Source of the DNA: Lama guanicoe
Lineage: Eukaryota
Assembly: GCA_013239625.1 (NCBI GenBank)
Contig: MU053594.1
Coordinates: 708,355-772,354, forward strand
Length of the DNA: 64,000 bases
Direction of reading: 5' to 3'
The position numbers and the translations under genes are program-made. Below the pieces are notes generated by a model. That model did not search any database, was not told the origin of the DNA, and saw only the letters and a program-made list of their open reading frames with translations. This document shows positions 1-12,400 of the stretch, piece by piece (the stretch's first letter is position 1; the number at the start of each line of letters is the position of its first letter).

Positions 1-19
1 GGCAAATTCCGACTCTTCA

Positions 20-205
20 ACCTACCTGCTATGTGATCCCAGGTAAGAAGTACTTATTGCCTTTACATCTTAGTTTCCTTCCCCATAAAGTGGAGATAAC
101 ACCCACCTCACAGGGCCTTTGTGAGGCTTAAATGGGTCGAATCTTTAGACACTTGTTACAATGCCCGGCGCAGAATGAATGCTCTACGGGTGACTTATTT
201 ATTCT
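20..205 (+). mobile_element. MIR SINE
   Basis: gctatgtgatcccaggtaag...tagtttccttccccataaagtggagataac...cctcacagggcctttgtgaggcttaaatg. Confidence 0.6.
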
Positions 206-1779
206 CTCTCTACAGGCTGGGCAGTCGCCTTGGGAAAAGGAATGACTTGTAAATGTTTTCTTCACCTCCAATTACTCTCTCCTCTTATGGGGATTTCTGA
301 AGTGCCCGTATTTTCAAGGCATTTAGAAAAGGAGACTTTTTGCTGACAAAATCATGGAGGATTAAACGTCATCTGGTCTTAGCACACTTCAGGTGGTAAT
401 GTCTTCCTCGGTTCTCCAAACTGGGAAGCTCTTGTTCTAACAAATCTTCAGGGAAGTGCCTACAATAGCACATCCTGCCTGGTTGCCACATGTCCTGCCT
501 CTTCTCGTCATTTCCTCCTCCCAGCATCTAACCTCCATCCTGCCTGGCTTCCCACTAGAACCACCGGCACCTCCTAGTCTAGGACAGCTGTTTACCACCC
601 ATGACCTGGCACCTCTGCTGTGGCTTCGAGGTGGTTATTAAGTTCCATCTCGGTCATGTCTCTTTAGGATGGACAATCCCACTGCCGGTGGGCCCAGCAG
701 ACCACCTTTCTGGAAGAAGCCGTGATCCTGAGGGTGGTTAGGACGGCGCTAGCGGCTCTTGGCACAGGGAGATGAGCCCCTTCCTCAACATGTAGACAGT
801 TTTCCCCAGGCTGCCTGGGAGCCCTGTGTGGTAGTGTGTGTTGGAGGCGATCAGACTAGGGAGGGTGGGCTCCACACTAGAGATGGAGACACTGGGGTGT
901 AAAACATCTCTCTCCACCTGCCAGAGGAGCGCACTTCTCGGGTGCAGCCAGCCCCTCCTTCAAAGCAGAGAGACGATTGCTCTTGGCAGGCTCTCTGAGG
1001 CAAAGATAATAATATAATTTGACTCTCCCCACTCTTCAGGGAAGAGATTACACGTATAATAGCCATTTTCAAGAACCTGGAAGGAGGAGGCACCCGAACT
1101 TCACATCAGAGGAGACAAGTCTGCTGGTTATGTACATAGGCAGCCTTTCCCGTTTTGAAAGCTCTACTGAATTCTCTCCGAAAACAGCAAATTTTGCAGC
1201 CTCTAATTTTCTTCTCTGTGTTGTGTTTAGCATCAAGCCTAAGAGATCCCTGTGCCGTTCAGTCACCTCTTGAAGTGTGTTTGTTTGCAGGATGGCACTG
1301 AGTGGGCAGGTCCCAGCCTCTGTAATGTGGCCTGTCACTTGCCTGCCACCCGGGGACAGTGCCAAGGCACCGTCACCACGTACTCCAGTGAGCTTTCTCC
1401 AGCCCCATGCGGTGCGCTGGTCCCAGAGTGAGACTCTCAGGGTTACTGACTTCCCTCCGGCCCCTCAAAGAACCAAGTATCTGTCTTGGTTCCAGGAGCA
1501 GGATTCTTAATGCCAGCCAAGGGCTCTCTCTCTTTGTGAAGAACCATTTGTTTGGGTGTGTTGAACAAACTCTCTCAGGAGGAGGACGATTTCCTGTCTT
1601 TCCTACGTGGCCCAGAAAACGTCCAAGCTCTGATTGCTTAAAGGTCACATGCTTACCCTTTCCCAGGCCCCCCAAATGTAACTCAACTGACGTCAGAGTC
1701 AGCGCCCTCAGTCTCAGGATGGAGCCTGGAAATCTCTTACATCTGTGCAGCACTTGCAATTCCTAGTGCCTTTCCCTCC

Positions 1780-1930
1780 AGAACTTCATTTAATCTTCAC
1801 AGCAATGTTGGAGCTAGGTTGGACAGGTATTTGTCTAGCTTTTCCAAAAGCTCAGAGAGGTTAAGAGATTTAGCCAAAGTCACACAGCTGCCAGCTAGCA
1901 GGGTAGGACCCTAAGTCTTTAGAACTTTGG
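1780..1930 (-). mobile_element. MIR SINE
   Basis: tttaatcttcacagcaa...gctcagagaggttaag...gccaaagtcacacagctg. Confidence 0.65.
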
Positions 1931-2665
1931 TCTGAGATTCTTGGCATTCACTACACCGTGCAGGTCCTGCCTCACCCCGAAACAGCCACGTGATTGTTCT
2001 GAAAATTGGAACAGCAGGGGCACTTCCTGGACTTTTTTCCTTAGGGACTTGGAGTCCAGTGGTGACCCTGTCAGTTTCAGAGTGGACTTGGGGCAACTGT
2101 AAGGGAGCAGTGCCTTTTGGGGATGGGGGTGGGAGACAAAGGTGGGCTAGGGAAATAAATATTTCTGTGTTTGTAAGAGTGCAGCGCAGAAACAGATTCC
2201 CCCTTCCCGCTTTGGCACATTAAGCAGAAAACAATCTAAGGGATAGGGTGTCACCACATCCTTACATGGTGGGGAGGAAGGTACCAGGAGGCACTTCCCG
2301 GAATGATTCCCCTGGATCCGACAGAACCCCCTGCCAGGGAAGCCACCACCCCCCGCTCCACCCACTGAGTTCCAGACCACATGCCACAGAGGTGGGCCAG
2401 GCCTGGGGAGGCTGCCACCACCGCCGACGCCACTGCAGCTGTCCCTTGGCACGTAAGAGCTGGAAAGCGGAGGCTGAAATGCCACTGTTGAGAACCCTGA
2501 TGCTTCTGGCATGTTGCCGGCAGGAAACAGCAGAGGGTCGGGCAGGGTGTTAAGTAGGCAGAATCTAGTTCCCGTCGAGAACCGTGGCTTACAAGAGAGT
2601 CTGGGGAATGTGGCTTTTTGTTTGCTGGTGTCCAGCCACTGCAGAGCAGGAAGGGATGCTGGAAG

Positions 2666-3199
2666 TGAGGTGGGAAGCCCTATAAAAAAAGACCGGCAGG
2701 ACCCCCAGGCAGGACCACTATTCTCCGGCCAGCACCATCCGGTTCCCTGGCCTGGAGGCTCTATCTCACTTTCTGCCTCTGAAATGCCTTACTTCTAGGA
2801 AAGTGGAACTTACCCCTAAAATTCTGTTGGTTCCCTGAGCTAACTCCTGATTGGTCCATTTGTAGTAACCATTTGTAGCATTTGCACGGAGCTCACTCCT
2901 GATTGGTTATTTCTCTCCCTCCTGATTGGTCCATTTCTACAAAGCTTGTTCCTAATCAGTCAACTTTTGTTACACCTTATTTGTATATGATGTTGCAAAG
3001 TGTAAACTGACAGCCTATAAAAGCCTGTGTAAACCTACAGCTGGGGTCCAGAACTTGGAGTGTTAACTCCTCTGGGCTCACTGGCATAACAAACCTGAGT
3101 TCTCCAACTCTCCGAGTGCTGCTTGGTCTCTTGCCCGGATCCAGGTTGCTGTCACAACTGAGCTGTAACACTGAGCTGTAACACATCTTTTCTGCAACA
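2666..3199 (+). mobile_element. Solo LTR, ERV1-like (copy A)
   Basis: TG...CA termini (tgaggtggg...ctgcaaca), 4-bp TSD GAAG (2662-2665 and 3200-3203), TATAAAA at 3016, three CTCCTGATTGGT repeats; aligns end to end with 22719-23305. Confidence 0.9.
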
Positions 3200-3347
3200 G
3201 AAGGAGGCCACGAGGGTCGCTGAGCAAGCCGGGGCAGTCCCCACATGGTAGCTGGCCTGATGGCCACTCTCTTATTACCAACGGAAACCCACAGGCAAGC
3301 ACGCTGAAAAATCAATACTCATGACTGGCGTGGATATTCCAGAAGTC

Positions 3348-3353
3348 TTTATC
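3348..3353 (-). terminator. Candidate variant poly(A) signal GATAAA of TTC12
   Basis: About 65 nt after the stop codon and followed on the minus strand by U/GU-rich sequence (gagtattgattttt...gtgcttgcctgtgggtttcc). I saw no canonical AATAAA nearby. Confidence 0.4.
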
Positions 3354-3417
3354 AGCACAGGAACAACCCAGAGCGTATAGCTGTGTGTCTGCCAAACACT
3401 CACGGCCACCACGTCTC

Positions 3418-3493
3418 TCAGGAATCATTCATATACTTCATGGTGGAGCTGAGAATTTCCATCCCGTGAAGCTCTCTCAGGAGAGTGGTAAAC
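3418..3493 (-). CDS. TTC12: TTC12 last coding exon ([24 protein letters not shown])
   Basis: Acceptor tgtgacag|G, TGA at 3420-3418; 76 nt. Confidence 0.95.
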
Positions 3494-6400
3494 CTGTCAC
3501 AAGCAGAACACAGACTCCAGGACATAAGTGCCAGGGTGCAGACATCTGGGCCCAGAGGCATCCCCGTCTCAGGGAGAAGCCCCCTTGGGCAGCAGCTACA
3601 GCCCTGGGGAGGCCCAAAGGTCAAAGCGGGGAGGCCCACAGAACACAGCAGCACTCTGTGTGAGCGGCAGTGATCTGAGGGGCCTTGCTCTCAGGAACCC
3701 GAAACCCCCGGTAGGCTGCCACCGGCAGCCCATCCCAGCTAGCGTGCTTTGCTGTCTGTATGAGAAAGGTTTTGTCCATTCCTTCTGTTTGAACAATCAG
3801 ACAGAACTTGAAAGGACCTAAGATGTCATCCAGGCCAACCCTCTGATTCTACAGAGGAGGGACCAGAGGGTGAGCCTGTAAGAGAAGGAAGCAGGCAGGC
3901 CAGAGCCCCTCCCCGTCCACGGAAGGCACCCCATCCTGTGCCGGGGCTCCACGCTCAGCCACAGGTGGGCACCTTCCAGGAGCATGAGGACCAGGTGTTC
4001 CAACACATCAGATGGGGCCACAGCGGAGCAGAAGTCTGAGCTGACGGAGGGGCGACATACCCAGTCAGAGTGAAGCCTTCTGCTGGGGCTGGACGGGTGG
4101 TCTTAATCGTGCCACTCCCCGTCTCTCCTGTTTCCTCCAGCACGAGAACTTATCCTCACAGGACATTCTCCCATATGCTTAGGCCCCAGGCAAAAAGAAA
4201 AAAAAAAAAAAGAAGAAGCAGGGGTGGGGGTGTCTAACTGTTTCTGGGAAAACAGTGAGAGAAAGGAGGGAGAGAGAAGTGGAGATGGTGTGAGAGGGAG
4301 AGGAAGGAGGAGGAGGAAGGAGAGAAAGAGGAGAGAAATGGAGGAGATGGTGGGAGTGGACTGGAGAGAAGATGATGGCTATTGGTGTCTTGAAAGATCC
4401 CTGTCTCATAAAAGCGTCCCCAGTCCAGCTGCAGCCTAATAGCTCCCTAGTGCCCCCGGGGGACTTCCTCCAGAGAAGTAGCTGGGTTCCCCGCGGGTTC
4501 CGAGAGGCACAGAGTCCAGCCCCGCGCACCTGGGCTCGGCCGTGCACAGCTTCCCCAGGGCGATGCCCGCGTTGAGCTGGACATCCGTCTTTTGCGCATC
4601 GCTGCCCGCCAGCTTCAGCAAGACCTGCACAATGTCCGTATTCAGCAGGGAGGAGGCTGCCAGTGGCACCTCCATGCAGTTCCCCAGGCAGAGGGCAGCG
4701 TTGCCCACCACAATCTCATCCTCTGAGTCGAGCAGCTTCATCAGAATGCTGAGCTCTGCAGGGAGAAGGAGAACAAACATCAGTGCCCCCAGATCCCAAG
4801 CAGGAGGCTGGGACTGGAATGTGGAGGACACAGAGGGGTGGCAGGGGACGGATGTGTCACCCATTTGGCAAATCCCTATTGAGATCTGAGAAGCTCTGTG
4901 GCTCCTGGCCGTGTCTCTGATGGACCTCAGGAGCCCGGAGCGGTGCCCAGTATGACTCAGATCTTGGGGGGAATGCAGGCTATGGATCAGATAGGTCCCT
5001 CTGAAGTCCCCGTTCATAACCTCTGCGGGCCACTCAACAGCCCCTGAGTGGAGGGCCACAGGCCTGCACCCTGTACCTGCAGGGCCAGGAACAGGCCCCA
5101 CAGGAAGGGTTCCTGCTCCCCACTCAGTGGGGCCTGACTCAGTGCAGTCCTGTGTGGCCCAGAAGAGATGTGAACTAGAACATTAGTTAGCAGGACCCAG
5201 ATGACAGCAGCCAGCTTCAGTGATTGGACTAAAGCTATTAGTCCAAGGACTTTGATATTCTCCTCAGTCACAAAGGTTAAAGGTGCTTCCCCTGGGAAGG
5301 AAGAGGACCCGTGCTGGGTCAGTCTCAGCAGAAGGCTTTACAGTCTCAACTTACTGTTAGAAGAGGGGAGGTAGCTCCCAGCCTCAACTCCGTTATCTTT
5401 GAGCCGTTTCACAGCTGAGTCTCCACCCAGCGTGGACATGCTACCCGTGTGTGGCTGAAGGCTAATTAAAAGCTTCCAGAGCTGGAGGTGAGATGACATC
5501 TTGCTGGTACACACTGCCGGAGTCTGGGAGGGGTTAACTGTCATCCTCAGTCTCTCCGCCCTCCTCCCCCACAGTTCCCTTCAAGGATGGATTAACCTCT
5601 GGGTTAATGTGGGCTGCACTTCATGAAGCCATCACTTACTTTTATCCAATCTTATCACTTCTTCTCGAGCTTCATGATAACTATTGGTGCAGATGGCGAG
5701 TATCTTGACAGCATAACGTGATGCAGTCTGGCCTCCCGCCTAGATTTCAGAATGAAGTTAGAAAAATAGACTCAATCCCACGGCTGTTCGTGGCTGGAAA
5801 CCACAGCGAGCAGCTGTGATTGTGCTCATGTCTTCCCAAACAAAGAGCTGCTCCACTGAGAATGGTGTGTGCCTCGCAGCGAGCCGGCCTGGGCCCCGCA
5901 GGGATGCAGTGTCACTCACCTCCTCCCTAACACGGCCGGCACCCCCGCTATGAATGGAGGCCTGTCATGTACACCTGAGTAATCACCTGCCGAAGGCTCC
6001 AGAGTGAGTGGTTGAGAAGAGAACTGTGCTGTCGACTGGCAGATCTAGCGAGAAGGGAGAAGGCCCTCCCATGTCATTTCACTATTTGAGAATGAGGGCT
6101 GACTTGCTAAGGCTGTTAGGCTGACAGGCCGGCATGGAGGACATCACGAATCTAGATGTTTTAAGAGGTGACAACTGTCAAATCATAACCCTTAAAAATC
6201 ACCCTATGCGGGGGCTTTAAAAATGCATGTGTGCGTGAATGCATGCATGATGCTCACGTGTGTGCATGTGATCGGCTCCGGTGGGTGTGTGGGTGTGCAA
6301 GTTACACAGAGTGAAGGATGGGGCAGCCTAAACGCACACCCACTATCCCAGCCCCTCAGGACTGCACCTGTCCCCACAGCAGCCCCTCACAGAGCACACT

Positions 6401-9400
6401 TCCTGGAGCCACTGGGGTCTTATGAATAAATGTCTCCCAGGGGGGTCAGCACACTCACGTGGGTGAGTGAACCTCACTGGGCACATGCATCACGGGTGGG
6501 ATCCAGAGATGAAATCTAATAATTCACCCCTCCCTTCAGGAGAATCTAGTTAACTCTTGTACTAACTCACATAGATTCATCACACTGGAAAATCTGAACA
6601 TACTTCTGGCATGTGGTTACTCTGAAACCTGCACATCTCATAAGTGGAGCTACATCCAACCTTCTCCAAGTAACTGGATATAGCATCGTGAGCAAGAAAA
6701 CACGAGCAAAACCAGGGCCTGAGAAACCTTGCTGAAAACCACTCAGACCATCTGTTTTTTTGTGGAAGTATAGTTGATTTACAATGTTGTGTTAGTTTCT
6801 GGTATACAGGATAGTGATTCAGTTTGACATATATATATTCCTTTTCATATTCTTTTTCATTCTAGGCCATTTCAAGCTATTGAATACAGTTCCCTGTGCT
6901 ACACAGTAAGGCCTTGTTGTTTATCTATTTTATATATAGTAGTTGGTATCTGCAAATCTTGAACTTCCAATTTATCCCTCCCCCTAGTAACTGTGAATTT
7001 GTTTTCTATGTCTGTGAGTCTGTCTCTGTTTTGTAAATTAATTAATTTGCATCTTTTCTTTAGATACACATATAAGTGGTAACATATGGTATTTTTCTTT
7101 CTCTTTCTGGTTTACTTCACTTAGTGTTGACGATCTCCAGGTCCACCCATGTTGCTCAAATGGCATTATTTTATTCTTTTTTATGGCTGAGTAGTATTCC
7201 ATTGTGTGTGTGTGTGTATACACACACCACATCTTCTTTATCCAATCACCAGGCCATCTTTTTTGAGGACAGGGGCCATATATCTTTAAGTTAGGCTTGA
7301 ATGGTCAGCGGTCTTTATGTACTATATCTAATGAACAATTTAATGATTTCTTCAGTGATCTTATGTGGCTGTTCAGAGAACAGTCTGGGTGGACAGTCAG
7401 AAGGGAATCCCCGTTCGAGAAGTTTAGGATCTAGTAGAGGTGAAATGGCAGCACTTTAACTGAATGAAACCCTCCTTAATTCTGTTCCCCCAATAAAATG
7501 ACACTCTTGTAAATTCAGTGACATTAATTTACCTTCAGGAACTTAATCATCTTCTTCACCACTCCTGCCCTTAGAGCCTCCTCAACGATTTTCAAGGAGA
7601 AAGAAAGGGTACGACTGAGAACGCCGGCAGCTCTCTGAGGGAAGCAGAAAGGAAGGGATGAGTAAAGGTTGAAAAGAGGGGGAGAGGCAAGACAGGGGGA
7701 GGGGCAGGATGGGGGAGGGGCAAGAAGAGGGAGGGGCAAGATGGGGGAGGGGATTAAGGGGTACAAACTACTATGCGTAAAATAAATAAGCTACAAGGAT
7801 ATACTGTACACCACAGAGAATACAGCTAATGTTTTAGAATAGCTATGAACAGAGCATACATAGCCTTAAAAATTATGAATCACTACATTGTACACCTGAA
7901 ACTTACATAACACCGTACATCAACTATACCTCAATAAAATTTTTTTCCCTTAAAATGCTGACCTATAAAGTTAACAGACAATTTGGTGAGGCAAAAACAA
8001 AATCACCAGCATTAGATGCAAAATATGCATCTTGATTTTAAAAATACCACGGCCAAGGGACTGATAGCAAGCACTGTTCTTTATAACAAAGCTGCTGGTA
8101 GGCAATTCAAAGGGCTGCTCACATCATCCCTGGGTGCACAGAGGCCTCGCTTGTTCCAGTTCACACTGGACCAGAGTTCAACCCTTGTAAACAAAGTCCT
8201 GGCCGGGATCCCAGGCCCTGCATCCCTTGGATGTTCTGATGCCACCAGGGCCCTTGCTAGGTGGTAGACTTCCTGCATTGATCCTTGATCCTCTGGGACT
8301 TTTAGCTTTTCCTTTATCTTTTCTGAATCTTTGTCTTTTTATTCTATTTTTGAGAGACTTCACTGATTTTATTTCCGAGTTCTGATTTTTGTTGACAGCA
8401 AGCTGTTACTGTTTGATGACCATAACACTATCATGAATCTTTCTGAAGATACAAATGACAGTTATGAATTTTTTCTTCTGTTTCCTACATCATCTCTATT
8501 TTTTTTGGAGTCCATTTTTCTGTTTACCTTGGTCTTTTAAAAATTTATTTGTGTGGCTTTCCTGAAATACCTGGTGACCCTTAGCTTTCCAGTCACACGT
8601 ATGAAAAATGCAAAATGTTAGAGGAGGGGGCTTGTCCGCTAACAGGTAGACAGGTGGCATGCCCAAATACGAGATGTATGAAAAATGCAAAATGTTTGGG
8701 TGTGCTGTCTTTGTAGAGGGGGCTTGTCCGCTAACAGGTAGACAGGTGGCATGCCCAAATACGAGGAAGCAAACTGTTTCTGGTCTTTAAATTTCTTTAG
8801 GAAAACAAAGGCTCAGATTTTATGCCTGAGGAATTGATGCCTGGCTGCCCAATGCAGCCCCCCATCTCTTACTTCTGTCCTCTGTTAAAGTTGGTATTCT
8901 GAAGCCTCGATCTTGCCCAAGGCCCTGCGAGACAGGTCTGCTCCCTTCCAGCTGTGCTCCCCTCCGTGTGGACGCCACGCCAGGGCTTTATCAGCCCTGC
9001 CTCGTTCATTACCACTCCTGCAGCTGCTCTCCGTCTTCCAGAAACTGGCCGAGATGACTTATCCTTTGGTCACCTCTTGCCTGGTCACTTCGTCAGTGAG
9101 CGTTTCTGCCTTTTCTTTTTCCCAAATGCCTTTAGTCTCACTTTATTTTATTTTTGTTACTTTATTTCTTATTGAAGTATAGTTGGTTTACAATGTTGTG
9201 TTAGTTGCTGGTGTACAGCAGAGTGATTCAGTTACATATATATATATGTATAGATATATAATATTCCTTTTCATTTTCTTTTCCATTATAGGTTATTACA
9301 AGCTATTGGATATGGTTCCCTGTGCTCTGCAGCAGGACCTTGCTGTTTATCTACTTTATATATAGTTGTTAGCATCTGCTAACTCCAAACTCCTAATTTA

Positions 9401-12400
9401 CCTTCCCCTACCCCTTGTCCCTTTGGCAACCATGAATTTGTTTTCTATGCCCGTGAGTCTATTTCTGTTTTGTAAATAAGTTCATTTGCGTCATTTTTTT
9501 TAGAGTCCACATATAAGTGATATCATAATATTTGTCTTTCTCTATTAGACTTACTTCACTTAGTATGATAATCTCTAGGTCCACCCATGTTGCTGTAAAT
9601 GGCATCATTTCATACTTTTTTATGACCGTGTAGTATTGCATTGTTTATATATACCACAATTTCCTCATCCAATCATCTGTCGATGGACATTTAGGTGGCT
9701 TCCATGTTTTGGCTATTATAAATAGTGCTGCTATGAACACCGGGGTGCATGTGCCTTTTCAAATTAGATTTTTCAGTCTCATTTTAATGAGGTCTCCAGA
9801 GCGAGAAGGGACAAACTTGTGTATTATCATGTTATCAGTCTTGCTTCCCTAATCTGCTCCCTACAGGTGCTCAAATGTGGCTACAGTTGACAATATGGCT
9901 CTCTTTTCAGGGCACCCTATTAAAGGGCTGGGTTCCCTGATTAGCCAGCTGCCCTGCTGAGCGAGCTGGTTAGCACCCACCCAGCTGTGGCCACGCACAG
10001 TCCTGGGCTCGTCTGGCCCAGAGTCTTTGAAGGGCTAGCGTGTATAAGACAAGTACAGGTCTTGCTCTGTGTCCAGACCACCCAGAAAGCCCCAAGTACC
10101 CAAGAGCAGTGTGCTTACCACTTTGGGGTCATATGGCTTTTTTGAGGATCTGACAAAAGCTATGATGTCCCCAGCACCAGGAGAACGCACACACACACTC
10201 AGAATTTTCTGTACAGCTGCAGGGGTTTCCCAGGAACCTGAAACCTATCATACCTTCCCGGAGCCCAGGTTAAGTGCCTTTGCCTGAGAAGTCTCAACTG
10301 ACTTCAGGGAAGTTGTGGGCATGCTAGCCGCAAACATAACACCTTTTTACACCCCTGGAACCAGTCCCTAGTCTGCGATCCTTGAAGGGCTGGTTTCCCA
10401 GATCGGCCCTGGGTGTGACGCCAATTGTTTCTTTAGGGTTAGGGCCCTGATCTAACAGGCAGAAGAGCTGGGGTGACTCCTAATGTGAGTGAAGGACACA
10501 TCCCATGAGGCTGGCAAATAGTCTCTTGAATCAGATCAGCACTCTCCCCCCATACATCATGCCAACCACCGGCATTTCTCAGTTTGCTCATCCAAATGTC
10601 AGGAACAGAAGTAAGAAAGCCATTGCAGCGTGGATCTCCAAGGGGGCTACCACCATCATGCAGCAACAGCTTCCAGCACCACTGGCTTCAAAATAGGGGC
10701 CTGGCTTTGTTGACTATGGAAACGACATTCTACATCAAATCATCTGGCCTGTCCAATTGCACAGGGATGACAAATCAGACAGATTACCTTGCATAAATTG
10801 TTAAGCTCCACATCTTACAGAAAAGGGGTTCTTAATGGGACTCCTGGACTCTAGGGGGTCCACAGATGGGCACGGGGGGGAGGGGGAATCACCAAATCCC
10901 CTGAAACTGTAGGCAAATTCTGTATTTATGCGCTTATGGACATCATTCTGAGGAGTGCGTCTGCCTCCTAAGTCGGAGAGTCAGCAGAATCTCAAAGGTG
11001 TGGCAACTTCAAAAGGGTAAGGTGCACTGATATTCAAACCAAACAGTGAGAACAACAAAGGAAGCTGTTTCTGGATTTCCCTGGGAGAAGCTTACTGTCA
11101 GGATGCCTCCATCCTGGCCGTTCAGTAGAGACAGGCACTTCCGGCTCACCTGCACGGCCCAAACCTGCGGTGACAGGGAGAGGGAGAAGGCGTCCAATGG
11201 CCCTGGGGGTCTGGGTGCCCACGTAGACCTGACCACCCACCCCTCCCTCCTTCTCGTCACCCCACGTCTGCCCACATTTCCTTCACAACATCTTCTTCCA
11301 TTGCTCTCATTTCTTTCCCACGTCCGTCTCCCCTAACAACAGGGCGACACCTTAAGAGAGGGAACTACATCGTGTTTGACTTTGTAAACGCAGAAACTAG
11401 CACTGTGCTCAGCACCCTGGACACTCAGCTGGTTTTCGGAATGAACAACTGATGGAGTGACTCATCCACGCCTCAGCGGAGCCGAGGGACAGAGCGTCCG
11501 CCCAGCTCTCCCCGCTCCACTGCCAGGGTCTGAGGCCACGTGCTTCTGGTCTCATGGCGATGAGGACAGGTCTAGGCAATAGAATTCGTTCAGGTAGGAA
11601 GGAAAGGATGCGGTACCTCAGAGACAACGGGCGACTGAAGACACAAGTTCATCAGGAGCCCCAGAAGGGTATATATGACCTCTCTGAACAGGTCCACATC
11701 CTCCTCACACTTGGCCTTTGGAAACAAAACAAGGTGATCAATGTTCTTCCTGCCTTGCAGCTTTTCACGGTCACCTGTTTCCCTTGGCGATGGTCTCAGC
11801 ATTACCCACACTCCCTAAATTGTCAGCGTCATGAACCTTCCAAGTGATGCTGGAAGATCAGACACAGGTTCTGTGAGTTGGCGTCAGTACAGGAGACCCG
11901 CACGGAGTCCCTGGTGCCTTTGCCACATGGCTCTGGCTTGGCGGGTCCTGTGTTCAAGCCGCAGAGTGAGCTGCTGAAATGAACGGACCAGCCAGCTCCT
12001 CCGGAAACCCTTCAAACCTCTCCAGGTGGAGGAGACTTGATCTGGAGGCCTCTTTAAGGCCAGGTGCCCATCAAACCAAAGGGATAAGCCATTGGCCCCA
12101 GCACCCTCAAACAGAAATTTTAGAAAAGCCAGAGAATTAAGAAGCCAATTCTCCCAAAGCAGGGAAAAGATCAATCCTGAATGGAAAAGCTAAAATACCA
12201 AGAGGTCCAAGCAGGCGTCCCCAAATTCTTCAGAGGCAGACATCTGTCTTCGGGTGGCAGCCTCAGCACTGAGGTTTCCCATGATGGCAATGCACTGGCA
12301 GAGAGCGGAGGTGTCGGTGACCCTGGGATCTCGCTTCTGAAAGGAAAGGAAGAGAAAGTGAGCCTGCAGAGAGCAGGGCAAATGATGGCAGGGGGTCTCC

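Noticed and set aside
1..2660. ANKK1 5' exons or promoter
   Set aside because: No kinase or ankyrin-like translation and no CpG island. ANKK1 is expected further left, outside the window.
4436..5101. 221-aa single-exon gene
   Set aside because: Only 4530-4755 is TTC12-like and bounded by splice sites. The rest is in-frame intron sequence.
5914..5922. Perfect donor GAG|GTGAGT suggesting an extra TTC12 exon
   Set aside because: The CDS is already complete and in frame without it, there is no convincing polypyrimidine acceptor upstream, and isolated consensus donors are common.
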